In this document: piece by piece, positions 10,433 to 20,821 of the stretch | Numbering within the stretch: position 1 is the stretch's first letter | Layout: each line of letters opens with the position of its first letter | NCBI GenBank assembly: GCA_965216755.1 | Contig: CBDCGL010000011.1 | Coordinates: forward strand, 640,001-704,000 | Direction of reading: 5' to 3' | DNA from: Alphaproteobacteria bacterium | Lineage (GTDB): Bacteria; Pseudomonadota; Alphaproteobacteria; UBA7887 | Length of the DNA stretch: 64,000 nucleotides | The notes under the pieces: model-generated | Database searches by the model: none | Told to the model about the DNA's origin: nothing | Seen by the model: the letters and a program-made list of their open reading frames with translations, nothing else | Translations under genes and position numbers: made by a program

Positions 10433-11892
10433 GCGAAAGCCCGTTGCTGCAGGGGCGCACCGGCGACTGGGAGACGGTGATCGGCCTCGAGGTCCACGCC
10501 CAGGTCGTTTCCGACAGTAAGCTGTTTTCCGGCGCGGCCACGGCGTTCGGTGCCGCGCCCAACAGTCAGGTATCGTTGGTCGACGCGGCGATGCCGGGCA
10601 TGTTGCCGGTGATCAACGAAGTATGTGTCGCGCAAGCTGTGCGCACAGGACTTGCGCTCAATGCCGAGATCCACCAGGTCTCCGTTTTTGACCGGAAGAA
10701 CTATTTCTATCCCGACCTGCCACAGGGATACCAAATCTCTCAATATTCCCGGCCAATTGTTGGCCATGGAACAATCGACCTCGATTTGGAAGACGGCACG
10801 ACACGTCAGGTTGGGATCACGCGATTGCACCTTGAACAGGATGCCGGCAAGAGTATGCACGATCAGCATCCGACCAAAAGCTATGTCGACCTCAACCGCT
10901 CGGGCGTCGCGCTCATGGAGATCGTTTCGGAGCCGGATCTGCGCAGCGCCGATGAAGCCGCGGCGTATCTGCGCAAACTGCGGTCCATTTTGCGTTATAT
11001 CGGCACTTGCGACGGCAATATGGAACAAGGCTCCATGCGCTGCGATGTCAATGTTTCCGTACGCAAGCTGGGCCAAGCCTACGGAACCCGATGCGAAATC
11101 AAGAACGTCAATTCCGTGCGCTTTGTCCAGCGGGCGATCGACTATGAAGCCGCGCGACAGGTCGAGGTTATCGAAGACGGCGGCGAGATTCAGCAAGAGA
11201 CGCGCTTGTACGACGCCAACCGCAACGAAACACGCTCTATGCGCTCGAAAGAGGAGGCGCATGATTACCGCTACTTCCCCGATCCCGATTTGTTGCCGTT
11301 GGAACTCGATAGTGACTGGATCGAGATGTTGAAGAGCGGCCTCCCGGAATTGCCGGATGCAAAGAAAGCGCGGTTTCTGGCCGACTATGGGCTCAAGGGA
11401 TACGATGCGGGCGTCTTGGTCGCGGAACCCGAAACCGCCTCTTATTTTGAATTGGTCGCGGATGGCCGCGACCCCAAGATCGCGGCCAACTGGGTGACGA
11501 GTGATCTCTTCGGTGCCTTGAACAAAGCCGATTTGGCGATCGAAAACTCGCCGATTTCGGCCACGCAACTTGGCGGTCTCATCGACCTGATTTCGGACGG
11601 CACAATCTCTGGCCGTATTGCCAAGGATGTGTTTGCCGAAATGTTTCGTACTGGGCGCGATGCCGTCGACATTGTCGAAGATAAGGGCTTGAAGCAAGTC
11701 ACGGATACAAGCGCCATCGAAAGTCATGTTGATTCAGTTATCGCGGCCAACCCGAACCAAGTCGCGGAGTTCAAGGCGGGCAAGGACAAGCTGATGGGAT
11801 TTTTTGTCGGACAGGTCATGAAGGCCAGCCAAGGCAAGGCGAATCCCAAACTGGTCAACGAATTGCTGAACAAGAAGTTGCGCGGCGATTGA
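10429..11892 (+). CDS. gatB: Asp/Glu-tRNA amidotransferase subunit B
   Basis: [26 protein letters not shown] and YRYFPDPDL motifs. Confidence 0.98.
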   Translation: MSESPLLQGRTGDWETVIGLEVHAQVVSDSKLFSGAATAFGAAPNSQVSLVDAAMPGMLPVINEVCVAQAVRTGLALNAEIHQVSVFDRKNYFYPDLPQGYQISQYSRPIVGHGTIDLDLEDGTTRQVGITRLHLEQDAGKSMHDQHPTKSYVDLNRSGVALMEIVSEPDLRSADEAAAYLRKLRSILRYIGTCDGNMEQGSMRCDVNVSVRKLGQAYGTRCEIKNVNSVRFVQRAIDYEAARQVEVIEDGGEIQQETRLYDANRNETRSMRSKEEAHDYRYFPDPDLLPLELDSDWIEMLKSGLPELPDAKKARFLADYGLKGYDAGVLVAEPETASYFELVADGRDPKIAANWVTSDLFGALNKADLAIENSPISATQLGGLIDLISDGTISGRIAKDVFAEMFRTGRDAVDIVEDKGLKQVTDTSAIESHVDSVIAANPNQVAEFKAGKDKLMGFFVGQVMKASQGKANPKLVNELLNKKLRGD

Positions 11893-11965
11893 TTGGGCTC
11901 TGGCCTGGCCAAGCTGGAAGCACGCGCGTAGGCTTCAAGAAAGGCCGTATTGACGGGAGGCAAGC

Positions 11966-13063
11966 ATGGCGAAGCACGTAAGACGACGGGCAATTCTGCG
12001 TGGTGGTGTCGGGGGCGCCGGTGCTATCGCCGCCATGGCGGCCACCGGGTCGGCACCGGCCATTGCACAAGGGCGGGTTCAATGGAAGATGGTCACCGCC
12101 TGGCCCAAGGGGTTTCCGGGCCTGGGAACCGGATCGGAGCGCATCGCCGAATCGGTCACGGCGATGTCGGAAGGGCAATTTACGATCAAGGTCTATGGCG
12201 CCGGCGAGCTGGTTCCTGCCTTCGAAGTCTTCGACGCGGTCCGCGATGGCACCGCCGAATGTGCGCATGATGCGCCCTATTATTGGATCGCCAAGCATCC
12301 GGCGACGCCGTTTTTCTGCAGCGTACCGGGTGGTCTCACCGCGCAGGAACACATGGCATGGATCTACTTTGGCGGCGGGCAAGCCCTGTGGGACGAACTC
12401 TATAGTTGGTTTGGGCTGAAAGGCTTTCTGGCGGGGTCTGGCGGTCCAAATGTCGGTGGCTGGTTCCGCAAGGAAATTCGATCGGTGGATGACCTGAAGG
12501 GCCTGCGCATGCGCATTCCTGGGCTCGGTGGCGAAATGCTCAATCGGCTTGGCGGCGTTGCGGTCAATTTACCCGGTGGCGAGATTCTCACCTCACTTCA
12601 GTCCGGGACCATTGATGCCGCCGAATGGATTGCGCCCTATAACGACTTGGCCTTTGGGTTCCACAAAGTGGCTGACTATTGTTACGCGCCGGGCGTGCAT
12701 GAGCCGGGGCCAGGCGTCGCGGTCACTGTCAACAAAGAGGCCTATGAAGCTCTGCCGAGCCAATTTCAAGAAATGATTCGGCGCGCCACGGGCGATGAAG
12801 CCGGGCGCATGCTCGCCGAGATGACGGCCGGCAATGGGCGCGCCTTGAAAGCGTTAATTGAGTCACACGGAGTGCAGTTGCGGCGCTTTCCCGACGATGT
12901 CGCCCAAGCCATGCTGAGTGTCTCGGCCGACATTCGCTCGGAAGTCGCGCAAGCTGACGAAATCAGCAAACGCATTTACGAGAGCTGGTCCGCATTTCGA
13001 GATGAGATGCGTGCCCTGGCACCGCTGACCGAGCTTGGTTACTTGACCTACAGATCGGGCTGA
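11966..13063 (+). CDS. TRAP transporter substrate-binding protein (DctP, TakP-like), Tat-exported
   Basis: Tat signal RRRAILRG; WKMVTAWP and DLKGLRMRIPGLGG motifs. Confidence 0.9.
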   Translation: MAKHVRRRAILRGGVGGAGAIAAMAATGSAPAIAQGRVQWKMVTAWPKGFPGLGTGSERIAESVTAMSEGQFTIKVYGAGELVPAFEVFDAVRDGTAECAHDAPYYWIAKHPATPFFCSVPGGLTAQEHMAWIYFGGGQALWDELYSWFGLKGFLAGSGGPNVGGWFRKEIRSVDDLKGLRMRIPGLGGEMLNRLGGVAVNLPGGEILTSLQSGTIDAAEWIAPYNDLAFGFHKVADYCYAPGVHEPGPGVAVTVNKEAYEALPSQFQEMIRRATGDEAGRMLAEMTAGNGRALKALIESHGVQLRRFPDDVAQAMLSVSADIRSEVAQADEISKRIYESWSAFRDEMRALAPLTELGYLTYRSG

Positions 13064-13109
13064 CGGTCCGTGTAGCAATGTCGTTGGCCCGGTCCACGCG
13101 GGCGCCAAA

Positions 13110-13712
13110 TCAGCGGCTGAGTTCGCGATGGCGAAAGCATTCGGCCAGGTGATCGTTGACCATGCCGATCGATTGCATGAACGCGTACATGATGGTTGAG
13201 CCGACAAAACGGAATCCGCGTGATTTCAGATCCTTAGACAGGCGGTCGGAAAGCGGTGTCGTTGCCGGCACTTGCGACATGTCTTTCCAGTTGTTTTGGA
13301 TCGGCGTGCCTTCGACGAATTGCCAGAAATAGGGGGCGAGTCCGCCGCGTTCCTCGCGTAGCGTCAACGTCGCTTGGGCGTTCGTCACGGCGGCGCGCAC
13401 TTTCAACCGGTTCCGTATAATACCCGTATCGGTCAGCAAGGCAGCGATTTTGGCTTCATCATAACGCGCTATTCGTTCCGCATCGAAGTTATCGAAGGCG
13501 CGTCGGTAGCCGTCGCGGCGCTTGAGGATTGTCAACCAGCTCAGACCGGCTTGCGCGCCTTCCAATATCAACATTTCAAACAGGCGCGTTTCATTGTGAA
13601 GCGGCACACCCCATTCGGTGTCGTGATAGGCGATATAGGCAGCGTCGGATCCCGGCCACGGGCAGCGCTGTTGGACCACTGACATTCCATTCGGGCCTAG
13701 AAATTTGCCCAA
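13110..13712 (-). CDS. tag: DNA-3-methyladenine glycosylase I
   Basis: RCPW, YHDTEWG, LEGAQAGLSW and GMVNDH..C motifs. Start may be ATG 13685. Confidence 0.95.
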   Translation of the reverse strand: MGKFLGPNGMSVVQQRCPWPGSDAAYIAYHDTEWGVPLHNETRLFEMLILEGAQAGLSWLTILKRRDGYRRAFDNFDAERIARYDEAKIAALLTDTGIIRNRLKVRAAVTNAQATLTLREERGGLAPYFWQFVEGTPIQNNWKDMSQVPATTPLSDRLSKDLKSRGFRFVGSTIMYAFMQSIGMVNDHLAECFRHRELSR

Positions 13713-14599
13713 TCGGGTTTGACGGGTCGCAAAATGGCATCGCCCGCGCGAAACTCGCCGTCACTTTTGGCTGGTTGCGCGAGATGTTCCAGGCGGATCT
13801 GCGCCAAACCGATATTTTTCCGCCCTGAGCGCATAGCGCCGGCGTCGCGGCCATTTACGGTAATGGGCGTGCCGGGCGCTGGCAGCGGCCCTTCGACATC
13901 AACGCGCATCAAACGCCGGCGCACGGTTCCACGTCGTTTTTGTCGGGTCGTATTCTCTTGTCCGACGTAGCACCCTTTGGTGAAATCAATGCCGTTGAGC
14001 TCTTCGAAGTTGCTCTCCAGAAGGAATGACTTGTCCACCAAGATATCGCGGCTGCCGTCGGGCACGCCATGGCTGAGCCGTAGGTCGTCATAGGCACCAA
14101 AACCAGCGCGCCGAAACCCGTCTGCGGCCATCGGCGCAAACTCGACGTCTGCAGGTAACACGATACGCGCACCCAAGTCAGGCAAGCGCGGATCGACATA
14201 TGCGATTCCACTGTGATAGGCGCGCGCGGCACCTTCCTGGAGCGGCAGACCCAAGCGTTCGGTGGCTGACGCGCCAAATGCGACAGCGATCGCCCACTGC
14301 GCGGACTCATCTGAAATGGAGACGTCGGCACGGAGGCGAAACATACTGAGCCGCTTGATCAGATCGGTCGCGCGTGCCCGCTCGCAGTCGATCATGATGA
14401 CGTCGTTAATCTCGAAAATAAAAAAGTCGTGAAGGTACTTGCCCTGGGCCGAGAGCAAGGCCGCATAAACGGTCCGCGCCGGGCCGACCGACTCGACATC
14501 ATTGGTCACCAGTCCCTGCAAGAACGCACGCGAATCGCTGCCGTCGACAACAACAACGGTTCGGTCGGGCAGGGGGGCGTAGCAGTTTTCTGTCATCAC
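13697..14599 (-). CDS. ygfZ: Folate-binding Fe-S assembly/repair protein YgfZ
   Basis: FLQGLVTND and signature KGCYVGQE. Confidence 0.93.
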   Translation of the reverse strand: MMTENCYAPLPDRTVVVVDGSDSRAFLQGLVTNDVESVGPARTVYAALLSAQGKYLHDFFIFEINDVIMIDCERARATDLIKRLSMFRLRADVSISDESAQWAIAVAFGASATERLGLPLQEGAARAYHSGIAYVDPRLPDLGARIVLPADVEFAPMAADGFRRAGFGAYDDLRLSHGVPDGSRDILVDKSFLLESNFEELNGIDFTKGCYVGQENTTRQKRRGTVRRRLMRVDVEGPLPAPGTPITVNGRDAGAMRSGRKNIGLAQIRLEHLAQPAKSDGEFRAGDAILRPVKPDWANF

Positions 14600-14703
14600 G
14601 CACCCATCTCACATCGCATCGTCTCAGACTTAAGATGATCTGTCGCCACGCGCAAGGGCGTACACTTTGCAGACCGCGTCCCCAGTGCGTATAAAGCGCG
14701 CCC

Positions 14704-15735
14704 ATGCTTGTGACATTCCTTGACGATACAGTGCCGTTCGACGGCCACAGCTCGAACAGCCGGCCCCTTGGCGGTCCGCAAAAAGCCATTGCTGCGCTGG
14801 CCGCGGCTATGGCCAAGCGCGGCCACGTTGTCCGTGTCTACAACAATTGCGAATTTCCCGTCGTCGTCGACGACGTGAGTTGGCGCAACATAGACGAGTG
14901 CGATGCGGTTCGGACCGATTGGCTGATCGCACACCGCAATCCGAAGCTACTCGGCCTGGTCCCAGACGCTGAACGCCGGGCGCTATGGTTGTCCGCGCCG
15001 GCGCGGGGGTTGGACAATGGCGAGTCGTATTCGATCGTCAATCAGCACAAGCCTGTCATAGTCTTGCAGGGGCTCTTCCATAGCTCGACGGTTCCGCCAA
15101 TCTATAACAGTCAGCGGACGGCGCTGATCATTGGCGGTGTTGGCGATCTGTACCGCGAGGCGGCCGCAATGACACCCGCCACACCGCCAAAGGCCGTGGT
15201 GACCGTCCATCCACGTGCCGGGCTGGGCTGGTTGCTGAACCTATGGATCGAGCATGTGTTTCCGCGCGTGCCGTGGGCGGAATTGCACGTTTTTTCTGCG
15301 ATCCTTGATCGCGGCCAGCTTGGCGCGGCGGTGCCCGACGATATCCGCCCAATATTGGAACGTGCGACAAATGCGGCAAACCAGGGCGTGCGGATCATGC
15401 GACCCTTGTCCGACCCCGATATGGTGGAAGCCTATCGCACGGCGCGGGCGCACCTCTATCCGGGATCCGAAAATGACGTCACTTGTAGTACTTTGGCGGA
15501 AAGCCAGGCAGTCGGGTTGCCGGCGGTGGTGCGCGCGCTTGGGGCGGCCAGCGAGCGGATCAGGAATGGCCAGACGGGCTATGTGGCGCCGGATGACGAA
15601 GCGTTCGCCAACCTTGCGGTGCGGCTGCTAGACGACGGAGACACGTTCCGCAAGCTCAGCGACGCTGCGCGCGACAGCCAGCGCGGCCGTTCTTGGGACA
15701 AAGTTACTGAGGAATTTGAACGCGCTTTCGTATAA
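14704..15735 (+). CDS. Glycosyltransferase family 4 (GT-B)
   Basis: LGG...LAKRGHVV N-terminus; C-terminal ESQAVGLPAV...GQTGY. Confidence 0.8.
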   Translation: MLVTFLDDTVPFDGHSSNSRPLGGPQKAIAALAAAMAKRGHVVRVYNNCEFPVVVDDVSWRNIDECDAVRTDWLIAHRNPKLLGLVPDAERRALWLSAPARGLDNGESYSIVNQHKPVIVLQGLFHSSTVPPIYNSQRTALIIGGVGDLYREAAAMTPATPPKAVVTVHPRAGLGWLLNLWIEHVFPRVPWAELHVFSAILDRGQLGAAVPDDIRPILERATNAANQGVRIMRPLSDPDMVEAYRTARAHLYPGSENDVTCSTLAESQAVGLPAVVRALGAASERIRNGQTGYVAPDDEAFANLAVRLLDDGDTFRKLSDAARDSQRGRSWDKVTEEFERAFV

Positions 15736-15990
15736 GCGCCGCGTCGCTCCTTGCTCTTGTCGCGCGGAGTTCCTAGAGCTTCCTCGGGCGGTCGACGGCA
15801 CTGCCGCGAACAGTGCCTGCACTTCGCGCATCGGCTGCCCGGTCAGATCCCGAGCGCTGGGTTTTTTGGTGCGTGGCTCGCGGCTGTCTTGGTGCCTGTG
15901 TCGGCTGATTCGTCATGACGGTTCTAAGAGCTTCGGCGACGGCGATCGGAGTGAGTGCGCGCCACAAGAACATGCGGGCTCCGAGGCGTC

Positions 15991-16203
15991 CTACGCCGCC
16001 TTTTGGCCGGAACCGGCTGCGGCCGGTTCGGGCGTAGGGTAATGGTGTGTTTCGTCGATCAGGGCCTGCGCGGTGGGCAGACATTTGCCGCATCTTGGTC
16101 CGCTACCAAGCCGATCGTAGGCGCTATGGGCGCAACGCGCGCCTGCCTGGGCCGCTGATCGAATTTCAGATTCTCGATATCCGTTACAAAGACAAACGAA
16201 CAC
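15991..16203 (-). CDS. bfd: Bacterioferritin-associated [2Fe-2S] ferredoxin
   Basis: MFVCLCN...CGKC pattern; SD GGGAGG before the GTG start. Confidence 0.88.
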   Translation of the reverse strand: MFVCLCNGYRESEIRSAAQAGARCAHSAYDRLGSGPRCGKCLPTAQALIDETHHYPTPEPAAAGSGQKAA

Positions 16204-16226
16204 TCAAACCTCCCTCAAGCCCCAAT

Positions 16227-16254
16227 AGGATAACTTGATGAGAATGAGTGTCAA
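16227..16254 (-). promoter_or_regulatory. sigma70 promoter of bfd overlapped by an iron-regulator box
   Basis: Minus strand TTGACA-N16-TATCCT. Plus strand TGAGAATGAGTGTCA (16239-16253) fits TGA-N9-TCA and a Fur 7-1-7-like box. Confidence 0.7.
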
Positions 16255-16278
16255 TACCAATCATGTCGCAATCTGGCG

Positions 16279-16923
16279 TTACGGCTCTCTTGCCGATGAG
16301 TCCTCCGTTTCCGCCGGCTCTTGACCACCAAACAGCCTGAATATGAAACCGAAGACCTTCTTTATGCCTCGCCAGATTCTGGGCAATAGCCAGATCAGCA
16401 ACAGAACAAACACGACAAATGCGCCAAGGAACCACCAAGGATGCTGCAAAGCCGCCCATACACCGCCGATAACGGCCAGGTCCTCCGTGATCGAAGCGGT
16501 CCAGTTTGTGATGGGCTCGGGAGAGGTGTTGATGAGCACGCGACCGCCAGCCTTGGTCGCATGGGCGGCAGTGACAACGCCGCCGCCGACAAGTGCCGAG
16601 GCCAGCTCGATGGCCGGCCCCATACCCTCTGCGGCGCCATAAGCCATCATGATACCGGCCGGCAGGCGGACAAACGTGTGGATTCCATCCCATGCCGTGT
16701 CAATGCCTGGAATTTTGTCGGCGATGAACTCAACCACGAACATCAAGAATGCGGCGCCCATCACGAGCGGGTGGGCCAGGATTTCCAGGCCCGGTGGCAA
16801 CACAACCATGCCCGTCACATGCATGTAGCCCATGGTAAGCATGGCGGCATATAGGTTGATACCGCTGGCCCAGGCACTGCCAAGGACCACAGCGATTTGT
16901 TGGGCGATGGCGTCCAAATCCAT
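16279..16923 (-). CDS. DUF4126 family membrane protein
   Basis: SGINLYA, VEFIADKIPGID.WD and INTSPEP...SITED motifs; multiple TMs. Confidence 0.85.
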   Translation of the reverse strand: MDLDAIAQQIAVVLGSAWASGINLYAAMLTMGYMHVTGMVVLPPGLEILAHPLVMGAAFLMFVVEFIADKIPGIDTAWDGIHTFVRLPAGIMMAYGAAEGMGPAIELASALVGGGVVTAAHATKAGGRVLINTSPEPITNWTASITEDLAVIGGVWAALQHPWWFLGAFVVFVLLLIWLLPRIWRGIKKVFGFIFRLFGGQEPAETEDSSAREP

Positions 16924-16976
16924 TGGCGCAAACCCCGTTCAATGCGTGACGTGGGGCAACATACGTGACCGCATAT

Positions 16977-18386
16977 TCAACGTCGATGGCCGTCGGCCTC
17001 GTCACTGGACAGCAACCCGCTAAATGCCTCGGTCAAGTCTTCGACCAACGCATCCCGACCTGACTCGTCGACCGGTTGGCGGCCCCCGTTCGACAACGTT
17101 GACCAGTCTCGGCGGCCGCGTGCCCGCTTGAGTAGCGAAGACACAACGGCGGGTCGTTCGCCGGGTTCGCGTGTTGTTTGCCGCACCGGTTCTTGAGCGC
17201 CATGGCCGCGACCGAGCAGGGCGCCAATTAGTGCCAGTTCACGCGAAATCATGACCTGGAGCGTTGAATCGGCCACAGTCATATCCGCATAGCCGCGGGC
17301 CAAGTCCAAAAGTCGCCCGCCATATCGCCGGAGGCCGTCGAAGACGACGCCGACGGTGGCCCCGGCAAGGGCCGCGGCGCCCAACGTTAAACCGCCCGTG
17401 ACCAAATCGATGGCCAGCCCGGCTGTTGCCCCCGTTGCGGCGGCTTTGGTGGTCTCGGCGCCAAGTCGCGCCAAAGTGGCCGGATCGAACAGATCTTGTT
17501 GCCAGGCCCCCTGCGCAAAGGGCAGCGCGTCCGAGACATAATCTGCTTCCGAGAAACGATGTAGGCGCAACAATGCCTGGACGGTACTTTGTTCGCGCTG
17601 ACGCACGTTCGCCTTCAATCGCTCCGCGGCCTGGTTCTCAGCCGGTTTGTCTTCGGCCGGGTAACTCAGCCGCGCCGCGGCGACATCAACAGTCAATTCG
17701 GCCAGGATGCGCGCGGATGCGCGTCTGAGTGCGGCGCGGGCCGCGGTAAGTTCGGCAATAAGTGCGTTCAGTATTGGGGCGAAGCGATCGGCGAGGGTCG
17801 CGATCTTGGCGTATAGGGCCAGTTCGTCCGCCTCGCGATAAACTACGGTATCAAATGGCACGACGGCGTGCATGTTGACACGCGCCAGCTGCGCGCGCCA
17901 CGCATCGGATTGGTTGGTATCGGCCGCAATGAAATTCAGAACCGGCAACACCGGTTTGCCGCAGCGCCCGAGTAGCTCAAGTTCGTCGCGATGTTTCGCA
18001 CGCACCGGATCACGCGCGTCAATCACGTAGAGCAGCACATCCGACGCCAGCACTTGGTTCAAGGCTTTTGCTTCCTGCCCAAACAGGCCGTGCAGCGATG
18101 GGTCGCCAGCAAAAGCTTGCAATGTCTCGATCCAGTCCTCCCGGCGGTTGGCTTTGAGGGTCTCGATATGGACCAACAGGCCGCTCGAATCCTCGAATCC
18201 CGGCGTATCGAAAAGGTGCATCACAGGGCGTCCGGCCACCGCCAGTTCCGCCATTTCGACATGGCGCGTGGTGGCCGGATGCGCAGATATTTGGCCGAAG
18301 TCGCGCCGCCGAGTCAGAGTGCGAAGCAAACTCGTTTTGCCAGTATTGGTGTGGCCGACGACAGCGATATCGGGGACCTCGCTCAT
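16977..18386 (-). CDS. P-loop GTPase with DUF3482 domain
   Basis: G1 GHTNTGKT, G2 TTR, G3 DTPG, atypical G4 NFIA; C-terminal Gly/Ala-rich hydrophobic hairpin. Confidence 0.85.
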   Translation of the reverse strand: MSEVPDIAVVGHTNTGKTSLLRTLTRRRDFGQISAHPATTRHVEMAELAVAGRPVMHLFDTPGFEDSSGLLVHIETLKANRREDWIETLQAFAGDPSLHGLFGQEAKALNQVLASDVLLYVIDARDPVRAKHRDELELLGRCGKPVLPVLNFIAADTNQSDAWRAQLARVNMHAVVPFDTVVYREADELALYAKIATLADRFAPILNALIAELTAARAALRRASARILAELTVDVAAARLSYPAEDKPAENQAAERLKANVRQREQSTVQALLRLHRFSEADYVSDALPFAQGAWQQDLFDPATLARLGAETTKAAATGATAGLAIDLVTGGLTLGAAALAGATVGVVFDGLRRYGGRLLDLARGYADMTVADSTLQVMISRELALIGALLGRGHGAQEPVRQTTREPGERPAVVSSLLKRARGRRDWSTLSNGGRQPVDESGRDALVEDLTEAFSGLLSSDEADGHRR

Positions 18387-19876
18387 GATCGGGTGCCAAA
18401 AAGCCGCGCATAGCGCTGTCGATCACTGGTGCCGAAGTTATCCAGATCGATCGCAACCATCCGCGTGCTATCAACGCCGGCAGCCTGCGCCGCGGCGACC
18501 CAATCCGCGGCCCGAATCCGAGCGTCTTGCGCGGACAAACGTCGATCAAGGCCGTTGGCACCTGTGAAAAGGACCGCTACGCGGTCGTCGGCGGCTGTGT
18601 TCAAGGCGGCGAGGGCCGCGGTCACGCCCCGGTCAGGCGTAGCCCGCAAATCAACGACAACGACCAACCGCGCCATCGGTTTGACGGCCCGTTCCACTTT
18701 CTGCCGCGCCCATTCTAGGTCGGCATGGCTATCGCGACAGCCAAGGTCATGCACCATCTCCGGCGTATCGGGCGGCGGCCAGCCAATCGCTGGCGGGTCG
18801 AGTTCCCAACCGAGCAGATAGAATTCGCCCGGTGGCGGCGGTGGCGCCGGCCGATCAAGGTCAGGAACGGTATCCAGGTACGTCCTTTGGTCGGTGTCAC
18901 CGTCGACGACGCGTATATCGGTCGCGATCGGCGCAAGCTGCGCCTTCAATTGCGCATAGAACGGAAGATGCATGTCGAGCGGGGTATTCGCGCCACGATA
19001 CAGCGCATACGCCAGGGACGCCACCAGCGCCAGTGTGCGTGGAGCAAGTCCATAGAGGCCAATCGACCCGACGAGCAACGAAGACCACAGGATTTCGTTG
19101 GCGCGTTCCTTCGACCCAGGCCACTCAGCGGCCAGCACGGCCGCCGTGTCCGGGACCGAGACACCCAGCCAGCCCGGCAACGCCGCCAACACGCCGGTCA
19201 GCCAGATATATGAATCAGCGTCGAGGATCGTTGTTTCCCAAACGAATATGTACCTCTGCAAGCCGAGCATAACCACTGACATGGCGAGGACTCCGAGAAG
19301 ATAGCCCAACCAAAACCAATGACTGAGAGCTGCGGTCAGCCAACGGCCCGCATTGCTTTGCCGCCAGCGAGTCGCCTGTGCTTCCAGTGCCGCTCTTCGG
19401 TGCTGCGTATCGCCGAACCGCGTCGTCAGATAGCGCCAAAGCGACATGACGGTCGAACCGAGAAAACCACCCCGCGTCGCGCCGGGGGCAGCGATCATCA
19501 ACAACAGCCAGACGATGAAGCTGATTGCGTGCAGCCCAAGAAGGCTCGTCAACAACCAGAAAAAATTGACCGTCGTCCCATCGCCGCTGCCAAACGCCGT
19601 GCGGGTGGTCGCGCCGCCCGCGATGACGGCGAAGATAAAGCCGGCGACGGTCAAGCCGCGCATCACCGTGCGTTGGCGCGATATCTCGTCGGCCAATTCC
19701 GCTGCGGCAGAGTGGGTCTTCGCATAGACGATGATCTTGGCTTCGACATTGCCCGGCGTGGCGCGCCCGGCATCCAATGCGACGTTGCTGCGAACCGACC
19801 GCGGCGTCTCGGTGGCGACCTCGTAGCACCGTATAGATTCTGCCAGCAGCCGATCCGCCGCACGCACTCGCGCCAT
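18383..19876 (-). CDS. DUF2868 family membrane protein
   Basis: Four TMs with VNFFW, RYIFVWETTIL and YGLAPR motifs; PDRG motif; ATGA overlap with the GTPase. Confidence 0.8.
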   Translation of the reverse strand: MARVRAADRLLAESIRCYEVATETPRSVRSNVALDAGRATPGNVEAKIIVYAKTHSAAAELADEISRQRTVMRGLTVAGFIFAVIAGGATTRTAFGSGDGTTVNFFWLLTSLLGLHAISFIVWLLLMIAAPGATRGGFLGSTVMSLWRYLTTRFGDTQHRRAALEAQATRWRQSNAGRWLTAALSHWFWLGYLLGVLAMSVVMLGLQRYIFVWETTILDADSYIWLTGVLAALPGWLGVSVPDTAAVLAAEWPGSKERANEILWSSLLVGSIGLYGLAPRTLALVASLAYALYRGANTPLDMHLPFYAQLKAQLAPIATDIRVVDGDTDQRTYLDTVPDLDRPAPPPPPGEFYLLGWELDPPAIGWPPPDTPEMVHDLGCRDSHADLEWARQKVERAVKPMARLVVVVDLRATPDRGVTAALAALNTAADDRVAVLFTGANGLDRRLSAQDARIRAADWVAAAQAAGVDSTRMVAIDLDNFGTSDRQRYARLFGTRS

Positions 19877-20120
19877 ACCCGATTACAATTCCATTGTGTG
19901 GGTCGCCGTTTCGCGTGGTCTTTATACCAATGACCGGCCGAAACGACTCATGGTAAGGGAGGTTTACACTATTCGATCGACAAAATTCGATACCGGTCAC
20001 GTGTTATTTGTAGTTCGCCGTGCGTGCGGTGTCTCGACCCGGATACAACAATCAACTTGACAAGAGTGCATGATAAGCCGTCCTTGAAAGGATTGTGCTT
20101 AATTGGTCGAGGTGCGCGAA

Positions 20121-20804
20121 ATGGCGGAAACGAAACTGGTGGACGGAGATCAAAACGCCAGCCCGACAAGCTTGACGGAGACCGCCTATCAGCAGATTGA
20201 GGAAATGATCGTCACTCTCAAGATCGAACCGGGTACCGTGGTCTCGGAAGCCGTCTTGGCCAATCAATTGGGCTTCAGTCGGACACCGGTTCGTGAAGCA
20301 CTGCAACGATTAGCGCGCGAGGGGTTGGTTCGTGTGATGCCGCGTCGCGGGTTGTTGGTGACTGAAATCGAGGTCGGCAAACAGCTTCGCATGTTGGAAG
20401 TACGGCGTGAAATTGAGCGGCTATTGGCGCGCTTGGCGGCGCGTCAAAGAAATGACGCAGAGCGTCGCGCGTTTGAAGCCATTGCCAGAGACATGGCGGG
20501 TGCCGGTGACGGTCAAGATCCAGACGCGTTCACGCGCGCGGACCGGGCACTAAACGGGCTGATAATCCGGGCGGCACGGAATGAGTTCGCGGCGGAGGCG
20601 ATGACGCTGCTGCAAGGTCTGTCGCGCCGATTTTGGTATAAGTTTTATCAACAGCATGCAGGGGTCGCCGAGTCTGCGGCTCTGCACAGCGCGCTCGCCT
20701 TGGCAATCGCTTCAGGTGACCAAGACGCGGCCGCCGCGGCGAGCGATTCCTTGCTGGACTATGTCCAGACATTTACCAGGGCAACATTGGAAAGTGGCGT
20801 ATAG
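20121..20804 (+). CDS. GntR (FCD) family transcriptional regulator
   Basis: wHTH motif SRTPVREALQRL plus FCD domain. Confidence 0.92.
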   Translation: MAETKLVDGDQNASPTSLTETAYQQIEEMIVTLKIEPGTVVSEAVLANQLGFSRTPVREALQRLAREGLVRVMPRRGLLVTEIEVGKQLRMLEVRREIERLLARLAARQRNDAERRAFEAIARDMAGAGDGQDPDAFTRADRALNGLIIRAARNEFAAEAMTLLQGLSRRFWYKFYQQHAGVAESAALHSALALAIASGDQDAAAAASDSLLDYVQTFTRATLESGV

Positions 20805-20821
20805 CCATGACGTGGGAGGTT

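Noticed and set aside
10075-11727. 550-aa minus-strand ORF
   Set aside because: Antisense shadow of gatA/gatB with no motifs; expected in high-GC coding DNA.
15735-15990. Short ORFs or a bfr remnant downstream of bfd
   Set aside because: No ferritin-like motifs; low-complexity translations.
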